In this document: in pieces, positions 27,270 through 42,252 of the stretch
Numbering within the stretch: position 1 is the first letter of the stretch
How the letters are laid out: each line of letters opens with the position of its first letter
Assembly: GCA_964016885.1 (NCBI GenBank)
Contig: CAXHJY010001499.1
Location: 1-64,000, forward strand
Direction of reading: 5' to 3'
DNA length: 64,000 nucleotides
DNA from: Eledone cirrhosa
Taxonomy: Eukaryota
Translations under genes and position numbers: made by a program
Notes under the pieces: generated by a model
Told to the model about the DNA's origin: nothing
What the model saw: the letters and a program-made list of their open reading frames with translations, nothing else
Databases searched by the model: none

Positions 27270-27480
27270 AATAATAGGGAGAGCACTCGACGTAATGCAG
27301 CTCACTCGTCTTCGTTTGTGTTGTTGGTGGTGCGAGTAAGGAGTTAATTATTATAAAATAACAGGAGGCTGGACTGGTGTAATTCCTTAAATGTTTATTA
27401 TACTTTGAATATTTCAATCACCGGGTTCAGTATGAATCCGGTGAAATCATCAGGTATTCGAAATTTAACAAAGGAATAAA
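27270..27480 (-). mobile_element. PLE pLTR fragment with a hammerhead-like motif (27400-27457)
   Basis: Minus strand: atac-CTGATGA-(tcaccgg.ttca/tgaa.ccggtga)-GAAA-tattcaaa-gtat-AATAAA; gagcactc at 27281. Confidence 0.6.
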
Positions 27481-27625
27481 ATCCATGGGGCTGAAAATGC
27501 AGAGAGACAAGAAGGCGGCCACACATTTAGCAGTTTCTAGTTCGCTCGGTCGCCTTCGATATCGAACCCAGGGCATGGAAATCGTACATCTAACACCCTA
27601 ATCAACTATGCCATTTATGTGTGTT

Positions 27626-27712
<87 letters not shown>

Positions 27713-27778
27713 ACATATATATATTTATATATATATAGATAGGTGAGTGTGCGTGTGTGTGTGAGTGCGCGTGTGTGA

Positions 27779-27867
<89 letters not shown>

Positions 27868-28307
27868 TGAATGATAGAGAAAGAGAGGCGGGATGTAAGA
27901 GAGAGGAGGGAGGGAGTAAAAAGAAATGTCGCTGAATATTTCTTAGCATTCAAGCGATGATACGGTGGATTTCACATTTATTCCATCTTCATATAAATTC
28001 ACAAATGAAAGGAATGTGCAAGTAAAGGGTATAACAAATTTACAACCATTGGTCTCCAGTAGTCCTAACGTAATTATAATAATCTTAAATGTGAATTAAT
28101 GTTCTTCCTGCAGCGGGGAAAAAAAGTAGTAATATTCAAAAAATAATAATAATTCTGATACAACACATAAGTGTGAAACCCTTCACTTCCTAAGAAGAAA
28201 GCCACATAAAAGATGAATAAAATACATCGTTATAGCTTTCGGCTATATAATATAATATATATAATAAGAAAAAACGATATGCTTTCTCGAAAACCTTCAT
28301 TTCTACA

Positions 28308-28309
<2 letters not shown>

Positions 28310-28397
<88 letters not shown>
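28310..28397. repeat. (TAG)n trinucleotide microsatellite
   Basis: Directly visible. Confidence 0.97.
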
Positions 28398-28400
<3 letters not shown>

Positions 28401-28431
28401 GTGGTGGAGGTGGCAATAACAGCAACAGCTA

Positions 28432-28580
28432 CTAATTTAGGCACAAGACCAGCAATTTGGGATAAGATTTTAGTCGAAATAAATTGATCTCGACACTTCA
28501 TAACGAAATACAACGTTGACATCCACCGAATTAATACCACCAAGGTATTCACATAAACGCTCTACCAATTCTGACAATCC
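28432..28580 (-). mobile_element. Degenerate octopus-type SINE (further decayed copies at ~28615-28900 and ~19950-20050)
   Basis: tttaggcacaagaccagcaattt is the reverse complement of the SINE 3' part. Confidence 0.55.
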
Positions 28581-29830
28581 ATTACCTTTTCTTTGAAAAA
28601 AATGATAGTAGTCTCTCATTTAGGCACAAGGACAGTAACTTAGGTATGGATGGAACGTTCATGAAAGCTATTCTAATATTTGATTGATACTTCATTTATT
28701 GACCCCGGACAATTGATAAAATAAGATACGAGTCAATCATTTTCATATGTTTTCTAATTTGACACCAGGCTAATAAGTTTGCATGATTGGAAAATCGTGT
28801 GTATCGACTCTAGTAGTTGACTACTATTTTAATGTGTCTATCCCGGATGGAGGAAAGGTATAAGTTACGTCACCGTTATTTGAACTGAAATGTGCTGGAA
28901 TAATATCTCCAAACACTTTGTCGGACTTTCAAACAATTTTGGTAATCCTGTAACCATTTCCAAATATGTGTGAACATTCTTAAGAGTTACATTTTTAGCT
29001 TAAGTTATTGTTTATAAATACAACAATAGGATCATGAAATTTAAAGACTTATGACTAACTTTCAAAACCAAACTAAAAAATAAAAAATTAAAAATAACAG
29101 CCAAAGTTGAAACAAATTTCGGTATAAAATTGGGACTTTGAAGTCATGAAATTTCCCTGCTCGCTCCCTTTTTTGTCACTTCAAACATAAATATTGTGTT
29201 TAATAGTTCATTATCACGTAGAAATACATTTAGTTAAATAAAAAAAATCATGTAACGGAAATATACCGTTGCTAAGTAGGAATGGTATATAAATACCAAC
29301 TTTGTATATGTGTCTATGTGTATAAATATATATATACATATATATTATGACGCATTTGAATACACACACACATACATATAAATGTATATGTGTGTGTGTT
29401 TATGTATATGGGTTTGTGTGTGTGTCAAATAAATTTTACAACATATTGCATTAATGATGGCAATAACAACAACAACAGTTACAGCGAAGGCACACGTCGT
29501 TTCAAAATCAGGATGAATAAATAAATATAAAAATAATAATAAGAATACTAATAATAGCAACAACATCAATAAAAATGAAATTGAAGAATATAAGTAATGA
29601 AACTGTTATAGTAAATAGACAGGCAACAGCAGTAAATCACTGCTAATGCTTGCCTTAAGGTGCAATAGACACCTTAAGGCAAGCATTAACTAGGAAAAAT
29701 GCATTGTCCATAAGAATGGGTAAAATTTTAAAAAATATAATAGATGTTACGTAAAAGAGTAAATATCCGAAATTATATTATATTTTTATTATTCATCTTA
29801 GGTAAGAATGTAATGTACACACACACACCA

Positions 29831-29956
<126 letters not shown>

Positions 29957-30559
29957 GGGGAGTTGAGTGTGTGTATAATGTTTCGAACTAATGCAATTAA
30001 TTTTTTTTCTCTTTGTTTTATTCACAAATATGAGAATTCTCATATTCTTTGTTTTCTTCAATTTTTTTTCAGAGATTTTGGTATTCTAAGAAAATGGGGA
30101 AAAAATTACATCAACAATATACTATAATTAAATAATTAAATAAAGTAGCCCTTAATGGGATACCCTACAAAAAATAAACCGATGCCTGTCATAACAATCA
30201 ATGCCTTGCCTGAAGAACATCCTTTATAAGTGATATATGACTCACAAGTCCCTTTATTCATATACTTCACACACGAGCGCACGCACACACATATACACAC
30301 ATGCACCTGCTCATACACACATACACAAACACAGATTTATTTATATATATATATATAATTGTGTTATATTTCCGCGGATATTCTGTTTTGAAACATTATA
30401 GACGTACGTACGTATCCTCCCTCCATCAATACTTTTGGTATACACATCCCTATTTTTACACTCACACCAACACATGTATACGTACATACACACATGCACA
30501 GAGACACACACACACGCACACACATACAAGCGTACACACACAAGCACACACACACACAA

Positions 30560-30638
<79 letters not shown>

Positions 30639-30829
30639 ACGGAGAATATTAAAGATTAAACGTAAAATTGAAAACTATACAATAAAATATAAAACATAAA
30701 TATATAAACATATTTCCAACTAGTCTTTCGCTATACGAACAGTAATTTTGTATTTTTTTTTTAATTCACTTTAATTTATTTTATATTATTTAAGTTTTAG
30801 GTTTTAATTCCTGTATATTATATTTGTAT

Positions 30830-31190
30830 ATTATATTATAATACGTTATATGGTATTATATTATATTATATTATATTATATTATATTATATTATATTATA
30901 TTATGTTATGTTATGTTATGTTATGTTATGTTATGTTATGTTATGTTATGTTATGTTATGTTATGTTATGTTATGTTATGTTATGTTATGTTATGTTATG
31001 TTATGTTATGTTATGTTATGTTATGTTATGTTATGTTATGTTATATTATGTTATGTTATGTTATGTTATGTTATGTTATGTTATGTTATGTTATGTTATG
31101 TTATGTTATGTTATGTTATGTTATGTTATGTTATGTTATGTTATGTTATATTATATTATATTATATTATATTATATTATATTATATTATA
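30830..31190. repeat. Compound pentanucleotide microsatellite (TTATA)n-(TTATG)n-(TTATA)n
   Basis: Directly visible; resumes at 31500-31525 after a SINE insertion. Confidence 0.97.
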
Positions 31191-31196
31191 AGAGAA

Positions 31197-31500
31197 GTGG
31201 ATTGGCAGTATCGGTAGAGGGTCGGACGCCATTCTTTCCAGTATAGTTACGTCCCTTTACGATCTGAGTTCAAATCCCGCCAGAAGTTGTCATTAGTTGT
31301 GTTAGGGATTATGCAGTTCTATAAAGACAACATATGCCATAAACACACAAACACAATAAACCAGTATAGTTACGTCCCTTTACGATCTGAGTTCAAATCC
31401 CACCAAGGTTGACTTTGCCTTTCATCCTTACGGGGTCGATAAAATAAAGTACCAGTAATGCACTGGGTAATTGCTGGCCTTGTGCCTAAAGTAGAAACAA
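31197..31500 (+). mobile_element. Octopus-type SINE interrupted by a templated insertion
   Basis: SINE head 31197-31281, foreign 81 bp, then the SINE resumes with a 41-bp duplication. Confidence 0.85.
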
Positions 31501-31586
31501 TTATATTATATTATATTATATTATGTGAACACGATAAAATGATAGTGACGTAGTGTTAAGGTGAATTTTTTTGTATTATTTATATT

Positions 31587-31795
31587 GGGAGGTGGATTGG
31601 TAGTATCGATAAAGCATCAGACAACATGAATTACTGCCCTTTACGTTCTTAGTTCAAATCCCGTCGCGGTCAACTTTACCTTTCATCCTTACTGTGTCGA
31701 TAAATTAAAGCACCAGTAATGCACTAGGGGCGATTTAATCGACTTTCTTCTCACCTTCAAATGGCTAGCCTTGTGTATAAAGTAGAGACAATTAT
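31587..31795 (+). mobile_element. Octopus-type SINE (full-length type)
   Basis: Same head, B box (agttcaaatccc), central domain and gccttgtg 3' part. Confidence 0.8.
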
Positions 31796-33155
31796 TTATA
31801 ATGTTAAAATCATTTCAATTCATTTATTCATCGAAAATTCAGACTCATTTCTATTCGTCTTAGATTCACTTAGACATTCATTAATCAGTTTTTGTTTTGT
31901 TATATGTTGTCGACTTGAAATAAAGCGTGTGCAGCAAATTAGTCAATAGAGAGAGCCTTACTTTGCACGATTGAAAATAAAGAGTTTTGCCATTGAGTGT
32001 GGGAATAGAAGTTGTCATTAGTTGTGTTAGGGATTATGCAGTTCTATAAAGACAACATATGCCATAAACACACAAACACAATAAACCTTTCAACATATTG
32101 TTAACTATCATCATTAGACTTTCAACACCTATAATATTAAAGTCTGCCTGGAGTGTATTTTCTACAAATTACACACTAGAAATTAAATACATCTTAAATC
32201 GTCACACTAACTATCCTTCCAGCTGTCCACTAAATATTCATGTCTTTCAAAAGCTTAGATATAATGGACATCTATATAACACCAAGATGCTATCGTAGCG
32301 ACATATTCAAAAGCCGTTACCTGTATCAATTTAAGCCAAGAGATAGGGAAATGTTTACATACTTACCACTTTCTAGCCTTATGATGTACACATTTCATAT
32401 CGTTCATAAAGACTACGAAACTAATTTATGAACTTTTAGTAAGTTATGTTTGAACTGCAAACTTCATCAATCATTTTGTAAAAGCGACAGAAAGAAGAAA
32501 CCACACTCACATTATGAATCATTTTATGTTGCATAGTGGCGGTGGTGGTGGTGGTAGTGCTGCTGCTGCTGCTGATGATGATTATCGATATAATATCCCA
32601 GATTGTCAGGCCCATCCTGTCACATTGTAACCCATTGCCCAATATGCCCTTTATGTGGTTCAATAGGATATTTGCTTCGTTTTCTGATTGATCGACAATG
32701 TAGAGTCACCACTGATGTCTATAAGTTTGTAAAACCTGCGCCGTCACATATATGGAAGTTATACATTTTCAAAGTAGAATGGCGTATGATATGCTTAAAC
32801 GATGCACATCTGCTCATGTTTGAAATATTTCCTGCTCATGCTTAGAAGGTCTAGATCAGTGGTTCTCAGAGACCCAGATCACATTCTTTTTGAAACTGAA
32901 ATAAGTTTATTATCCCAAACGTTATTAAGTTTGAAGCAGAATAATTTATGAACTGTTAATTATTGATATCAATTATTGTTGCCTACATTGGTATTTCATT
33001 TCATGTGTTCCCACACAATTCTGTTTATGCTACTATATAAAACGATGTGCCCATTCTGGTATGCAAATTCTTATTTACAACATATTTGAATTGTGAATGC
33101 AAAACCAAATTCTATTGAATATTAATATGCGTCTATACGTATGTGTGTGTGTGCG

Positions 33156-33663
<508 letters not shown>

Positions 33664-33948
33664 ACCTAGTGAAGACCAGCCTTCTGACCACAGATAATTG
33701 ATTTCAAAGACAAAAGCGTGAGGCAGCAAGAAAAAGAAGAATCCATCACTCCAGTACACGGCTGGTTCTTTATTTGTCAACAAATAAGGCTGGAAATATA
33801 AAGTTATACTTAACGGGATTTGAAATCAGAACGCAGTGTCAAATAGCAGGCTCGTATTTATATATAAACGAGCACACGTACGCACACTAACACACACACA
33901 CATGTTCACACATACATACACGCTGGCACACACACGCACACACACACC

Positions 33949-34067
<119 letters not shown>

Positions 34068-34549
34068 ATCAGTGTGTGTTAAATAATTTCTGAGTTTGTG
34101 TGACACAGAAGAGACAAAGAAAAAAAAAATAAAGCAGGATATGTTGAGATTTAGCCTCAAATGTTCAGATGTATAGTTGACTATCTAACATTCTTTAGCC
34201 ACGTCCTATCTATATCCCATACCAAAATTCCAACGAAAATTACTTTATCCGATTCATTAACTTTAGCCGATGAGCGGCTCTGTCTCCACCGGAAGTTTAT
34301 CTTTCAGCATTTTAGCTCCATTCCAATAGCTTCTTTGTTCTAAGGACAAACTTCGACATCATCTACCCGTCATCTGCAAATTTCACTCGAGAACTGCATT
34401 CCAAACGTTTTCATTCTTATCCCTTGATCCTAAATTCGTTAATTTCCTATCCTAAAAGTCCATCAAACAGTTTAAATATGTATATGTACAAATACACATA
34501 TATACACACACACACATAAATATATATGTGTATGTATATGTATATATGC

Positions 34550-34600
<51 letters not shown>

Positions 34601-34606
34601 CACACT

Positions 34607-34687
<81 letters not shown>

Positions 34688-34753
34688 GTATGTATATATA
34701 TACTCATCTTCTAATAGAACAGGTCTGTATATATATATACATGCATATATGTA

Positions 34754-34902
<149 letters not shown>

Positions 34903-35417
34903 GGTTGTTCTGCTAGAAAATGTGTCGTAGATCGCAGATAGCTATATGCTCACCAGATATGATATTCACACGCGTATTCCAACCGGGCGAATATGCAACC
35001 CAGGACCAAGAGGAATCAACTACTATAGGAGATGTAGCAATATGTGACGCCTTTAGCACACAAGAAATATCTCAAATACCAGTGATATATCTATGACGGT
35101 TCGAGTAAAGAAAAATACCACGTTAGTGCCTGGAGTGAATAAGACAACAATGGTGCAATATTTTTTAAGAACAAAAAGTCGTCCATCGTGAGGGTTAACG
35201 AAAGACGTGTTCGAAAAGAAAATATTGCTTTCTCCAACTCATGTTGCAAGAACTGAGAATGGGCTTGCCAACTGTCCTAGGAGCTGTGCGATGGAGAAAA
35301 AAGGTCACGTATCCTGAGGCAGAAACCATAAAAATTGAAACCAGGAACATCACAATTCATACTGTTAAAAAATAATTGAAGAGGCCTGATGCTAAAGGAC
35401 AGCTAAAGTCGGGTTTT

Positions 35418-35465
<48 letters not shown>

Positions 35466-35599
35466 TGTGTATGTGCATGTGTGTCTGTGTGTGTTCATCA
35501 ATCTCGCTTCATATTAAGATAATAGGCATTGATGATATCGAGTAAAGTACTCCTGGAGATGAAAAAGCAGTGATTTGTAGGATTTTCTCTATAGCAATC

Positions 35600-35815
35600 A
35601 GGGCGGGGATTGGCAGTATCGGTAGAGGGTCGTCGCCATGTTTGCAGCATATAGTGACGTCCCTTCATGATCTGAGTTCAAATCCCAGCGATTTTAACTT
35701 TGACTTTCATCCTTACGGGGTCGATAAAATGAAGTACATGCCACGCACTGGGTCGATTTTAATCGACTTTACCCTCCCCAAAAATTGCTGGCCTTGTGCT
35801 TATATAAGAAACCAT
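35600..35815 (+). mobile_element. Octopus-type SINE (full-length type)
   Basis: ggattggcagtatcggtagagg...gagttcaaatccc...tttcatccttacggggtcgataaaa...aattgctggccttgtgc. Confidence 0.85.
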
Positions 35816-35896
35816 TATTTATAGCAATCGATTATTAATATTATTATTGTCACTTACTTTGCGACACACCATTTAACTTTCATATATACATATAAA

Positions 35897-35932
<36 letters not shown>

Positions 35933-36123
35933 TGTGTGCGTGCGTGTGTGTGCGTGTGTGTGTGTGTGTGTGCGTGCGTGCGCGCGTGTGTGTATGTGTG
36001 TGTAACACATTCGTTTTGTGATACTTGTTTATGTCATATATACATACATATGTATATATACATACGCGCACGCACAGACCCGTAGAGAGAAACGCACAAA
36101 TACACAAACACAGACAGAGGCAT

Positions 36124-36190
<67 letters not shown>

Positions 36191-36193
<3 letters not shown>

Positions 36194-36480
36194 TGGCTGC
36201 TATCGTTTTCGAGTACGGCCACTACTTTATATCCATGTAGGAGAACCCCTACCGATGCGCTGAGCGAGTGTGACTTTTTAGTCCAGCCAGCAACTTGAAA
36301 ACTCTGGTACAAACACTACACTTGCGACAGTTATTGACACATAGTGCTGGGCCCATGGTAACATGTGACGACAAGTGCAGAGAGATCTCCAGATATAAAG
36401 CAATGCCTGTGCCGTGAAGCTTTTATAGTGAAGAAAGGCACTGCACAAAGCCAGTCCCACTCTCTTAACCAAGATGATAT
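36191..36480 (-). mobile_element. 5'-truncated copy of the 18585-19195 element
   Basis: Highly similar reverse complement of 18903-19193, flanked by TA/CA microsatellites. Confidence 0.8.
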
Positions 36481-36509
36481 ATATATATATATATACACAC
36501 ACATATACA

Positions 36510-36553
<44 letters not shown>

Positions 36554-36559
36554 TATACA

Positions 36560-36603
<44 letters not shown>

Positions 36604-36609
36604 TATACA

Positions 36610-36693
<84 letters not shown>

Positions 36694-37029
36694 CTACTTG
36701 TAAGACTATTTCATAGGGAAATAACACATGCATTTTACTCATTAACTTCCTTCTAAGTTGATTTAATTTTCTAGAGTTCGTAACACTCTAGGCACTTCTA
36801 AGAATAAATTGTTTCATATTTATGCACACACAATTTTATAAGCACACACATATATACCGTATTTCCCGACGTGGAGGACGCTACTTTTTTCCTAAAATAA
36901 GTCTCAAAAATCTACCACGCGTCCTGGAAGCCGAAGGTTGTTTATTATTTTTTTTCAAATCTTTGGTTGTCAAAATTAGGATGCGTCCTCGTTGAGGAAG
37001 CATCTTCGGCACCGATTAGTGTGTGTGTG

Positions 37030-37121
<92 letters not shown>

Positions 37122-37351
37122 CATGAGAAGAAAGAAGAATACTGCGTGGTTGCACATGGGTTACATATGATAAAAATAGTCCTTCGTCAGTGATTTTTCC
37201 AGCCATCATTGGTATTTCATCGCATTAAAAATCATATACCTCACGTTGGTGCGAACAATAACTAAAAAAAGTTATTGGGAGAAGTAAATCGCGTAAAGCG
37301 AGGGGGACAAGTAAACAACATAGAAGGATAAAAGCAAACCGAAGATAACTA

Positions 37352-37406
<55 letters not shown>

Positions 37407-37407
<1 letters not shown>

Positions 37408-37876
37408 TAGTCGAATTACTCGCGCCTTGCTGCGTTTCACACATTTTTTTTGTAAGATGTATCAGTGATATAATTTATGGAGAAAAAATCTACATTTCAA
37501 TATTACTCAGAAAAATCAGGTGATAATAGAGGTTCCAATACTCAAGTTATGGGCTTCCAAAATGTTCACTATAGGGGGTTTAACCTCCATTAGGGTATCT
37601 TAGTATTATTGAAATGTGCTGATATTTTGGGAAAAGGCATGATATCTTGTCATTTACCTATGGTTCAAATTTCATATAAATCAATGGGAAAACATCTTCA
37701 GCGGGGGTTTGTGCCCCCGGTGAACCCTTTGATTAAAATGTAATAAACTTATCCAAGTACCCTGGGCAATGTAGTTTCAGAATATTCATGGTTATGGGGA
37801 TCTATCTCCAAAACCATAAGAGGAGTTCGTGAACAAACAAGCGAACAGACAGGAACTACAACTTTATATATATAGA
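37407..37876 (-). mobile_element. Non-autonomous Helitron
   Basis: The minus strand begins A|TCTATATATAAAG and ends with a GC-rich subterminal hairpin-like stretch (cgcagcaaggcgcg) then CTAG|T. It sits between A and T with no TSD. Confidence 0.75.
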
Positions 37877-37883
37877 TATATAT

Positions 37884-38300
37884 ATATTGTTATATTGCCA
37901 GAAATAATAATAGAACACACTTACTGTTTGGTTTGCGCAAACAGAGACAAGAATAAATAAATTAATTAATTAAATAAAAATGACGTAGGCATTACAATAC
38001 AACGGAGGAAACTTAATAGTACCCCTGATGATGTCATAGATGTATGTCGAAAGAACTTTGATAGACTATGTATATATATATAATTATATCTGTATTTTTA
38101 ACCGTTGGTCAATCAATGATAAACATTGATTGCCAGATAATTTAACTATGGAGATATAAAAAATACAGAAGAAAAAACCCAACCTAAATCAAACAGTGAG
38201 TGTGATCTATCATTATTTCTGGCAATATTATAACAACATGACCCTCCCCAAATATAACAATATTTGTTTCAACACACGATTTTATATCAAAAACCTTGCA
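37884..38300 (+). mobile_element. Non-coding PLE-derived element with a short inverted 5' arm and degenerate hammerhead (38019-38064)
   Basis: 37884-37935 is inverted relative to ~38190-38240. CTGATGA at 38025 and GAAA at 38049. Same family as 51063-51325. Confidence 0.65.
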
Positions 38301-38319
38301 ATATATATATGATTGTGTA

Positions 38320-38455
<136 letters not shown>

Positions 38456-39116
38456 GTATATAATTATATAAAGTATAGGTGTATGTATATTTTTACATTT
38501 TGCATATGTATGTATCTCCGCGGGGATTACATAGTTGTGTGCATGTGTATGTGCGTTTATTTTCCACCATCAAAAATGTATTCGATATGATCAACTAAAA
38601 TTTTCAAGGTGATGTCCAACATTTGTCATGCTTCGACGACTGACTAAATCAGTAAAAAGAATAAAACACACTTTTATATTTAATACATTGCAGATGTGTA
38701 TTTGTCTCAGTCATCACTTTTCCCCCAATCTCTTTAGATATCTCTGACAAACAATTCCTCGAATATATTTATGGTTACTGCCCAAATTTTACACAAAAGA
38801 TTTTATGCGTTCACCAAACCATTCACCCTTCAACCAACCTGCCTGTTTCTTTGTCTGGCTGCCGATTTGCCTCAAAACCCATTTCTTCGTCTCTGCATAT
38901 ATGAGATCAACATATCATATCTTCTTTACTATCTCGTTTATCTGTCTAGTCATGTATTTCCGGATTGTATACACAGATGTGTGTGTGTGTCTGTGTGTGT
39001 GTGTGTCTGTCTGTGTGTATGCGTGTATGTGCGTATGTGTGTGTGTGTTTTTAAATGTATATATAGATATATGTATGTATGTATATATATATATACACAT
39101 GTAGATATATATATAT

Positions 39117-39177
<61 letters not shown>

Positions 39178-39243
39178 CTTACATATATATATCTATATAT
39201 ATATATACACTTATATATATATATACACATGTATAAACATATG

Positions 39244-39276
<33 letters not shown>

Positions 39277-39899
39277 ATGTATGTGTATCAATTATATACT
39301 TCAGCGCACATCACTGCATATTTCTAATGGCACTCAAACTATCGGGAGCATTGTTATTTCCTAAAAATCTCAGGTTTCAACGATATGAAAAAAAAACAAT
39401 TATCATTTTCCTGTAATCTGTGCCCATGTTCACACACATAAATCAATATGCTTGTCGAATTTTTCTTTACATTACCAATGTGTTTTGGAACGATTTTCCC
39501 AATGTAAGCCTGCCGGGGTCGTGTTTTATTTGAAACGATTCGAAGCGCTCTCTTACTGGATTGAACCTAAAACCGTAGCTTAACTTGTCCCTGTTATATG
39601 CATTAATATATAGTACGAATTTTGTTTGTGCCACCGTGTGATTCCATGTTAGTTTTCACTGCACTATGCCATGTTCAAGCGTTTTCCTCTGTAGTGTCAA
39701 GTTAACCAATGTCTTTTATATAGTTTATTATGTGCGAAAAAACAAAGCTCATGTCTTTCAAAATCTCTCCGAGATTGGTGATTCTGGGTAATTTTTCGAT
39801 GTAATGATGATAAAAGGCAGCATTTTACACTAGTTGTTAATAATCTCTAGGATTATAGGACCTCCATAAATTCTAACCTGCTTGTGTCATTAGTCACTT

Positions 39900-40170
39900 C
39901 ATCAAAAGAGAAATATCAGGAATTAACCGGCAATTGGTTGTAAGACTCCAGGAGCGGCATCAACTGAACACTGGCCTCTCCTTTGATTTGGTAACTTTCT
40001 CTGACAAAATTCTCCGCCAAGAATGCAATAAACACCTGCACTTTGGTCAAGTTGAATAGAATATCATATTTGGTGATGCTGCTAGTCTTGCCGTAGAGAG
40101 GTTTCAAGTATTGAGTGTTTTTCATCTCTCTTCCTGGTGGAAACGTAAGCTTATATGAGAAAGTAAGAAG
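39900..40170 (-). mobile_element. Highly decayed RTE-type LINE endonuclease fragment
   Basis: Minus translation FIAFLAENFVRESYQIKGEAS loosely resembles the RTE APE motif DIAALxETRLxxxGQLxE. Confidence 0.35.
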
Positions 40171-40696
40171 ACCAGAGTTGACATTTAAGTAAATAACAAC
40201 AACAATAGCAACCACAACAATAACAACAAAAACAATAGCAACAACAACACATAGACCACCACCACCACTACCAACATCAAAAACAACTGCAAGAGCAACC
40301 GCTACAGCAACATCTAACAGATTTGAAGTAAACATTTTATCGTCCAGCTGCATCTGACAGAAAATAATTTCATGTTTCGCTAGCATTAACATAGCTGTGT
40401 CAACAACCAGACTAGATAGCAAAACATGCAGGATAAAAAAACGGAATTGACCTTCCATATCTATTTCTGTTTGCCTGCTTCCTCATCCGAATAGACATCT
40501 GGGAACTTAACACAGAAATCATTTGAACCAAAAGTGATCCAAGAGTGTTTTAATTCTATTTACATTTTATGTTTATATATTTTAAAGTAAATAATCGCAA
40601 AAAAAAAAAAAAAAAATAAAAGGAAAAATGCAGAAGGATATCTGTCGAACAACTGGGATGTAAAATCAATATGCAATCTGGTAAATAAAACATTGC

Positions 40697-40785
<89 letters not shown>

Positions 40786-41862
40786 ATGTGTGTGTGTGTG
40801 TGTGTGTGGTGTCTGTCTGTGTAAGTGTGTAAATGTTTGCGCGCATACACAAATATATAAATACTAGATCACCCGTGACCAGTTGGGTTATCTTCACTTA
40901 CATTTTTTTTTTTAATAATTAAAATGTAAACAGACATGTATATAATGTAAAATGAAATTGGAAGGCCCATATTTATATGTGTTTATATGTATATATATAT
41001 ATTTATTTATATATATATGTGTGTGTGTGTGTATGTGTGTGTGTGTCTTTGTGTGTGTGTGTGCGTGTGTGTATGTGTGTGTATGTGGGTATCTGAAACA
41101 TATATACACTGTTCATAGACACACACACACAATCACAGAGTTTTAGATGTATGTAGATAGATAGAATGATAGATTCAAAATAACAAACCACCACAGCGCT
41201 CTACACAATGACTACCACCACTTCGCTCTACACCACCACCACTACCACCACCCTCCACCACCAAATATGTTAAACTCCTGTGAAATAATTCAACAAAGGC
41301 ACCTCACCAGAAAAAAAAGATCTCCCCCACACCGCTGGGTTTCAGAAGGTGAGGGAGGGGATGGATAATTTGGTCGATCTTTACGGATGAAAACATTTGT
41401 TGTTTCAAAGTAAAAAAATGTTGTAGTTTGATACAGAGAGAAAGAAAATGTAACGATCTAGTGAGAGGGGGAATTGTGAGAGAGAATGAATTATGTAGTG
41501 AGCTATAGAGAGCGGGAAAGATTTGTTGGTTTAGAGAAAGGGAGGAGGAATTGTGAGAGTCTAGTATGTAGTCGGGTATAGAAAGGGTGAGAGTTTGGTG
41601 GTTTAGTGAGAGAGGGAGAATGTTGGTCTAGTGAGAGAAAGTGGGGCAGGTAGCGGTATGTAGATTGGGTGAGAAAGCTGTAATGGTTTAGTGAGAGAAG
41701 GGTAATATATTAAGAGAGAATGACAAAATAATTGTAGGAGGCATAAATATTTTAATATTTTAATAAAGTGGCTGTGCATATGAGCGTGGGTGTTTATATG
41801 TATATGTTCTTTCCAAGAGCGGTGCCCCAGCATGGTCTCAGCAGGTAAAAGAGTAAAAGAGA

Positions 41863-41943
<81 letters not shown>

Positions 41944-41962
41944 ATGTGGGCGTGTTTGTGTT

Positions 41963-42003
<41 letters not shown>

Positions 42004-42070
42004 ATATATATATATATATACATATATGTATGTATATATATATGTATGTATGTGTGTGTACGTGTGTGTT

Positions 42071-42103
<33 letters not shown>

Positions 42104-42126
42104 ATATTCATATATGTATATATATA

Positions 42127-42178
<52 letters not shown>

Positions 42179-42193
42179 TGAAAGGTATAGAAA

Positions 42194-42252
<59 letters not shown>

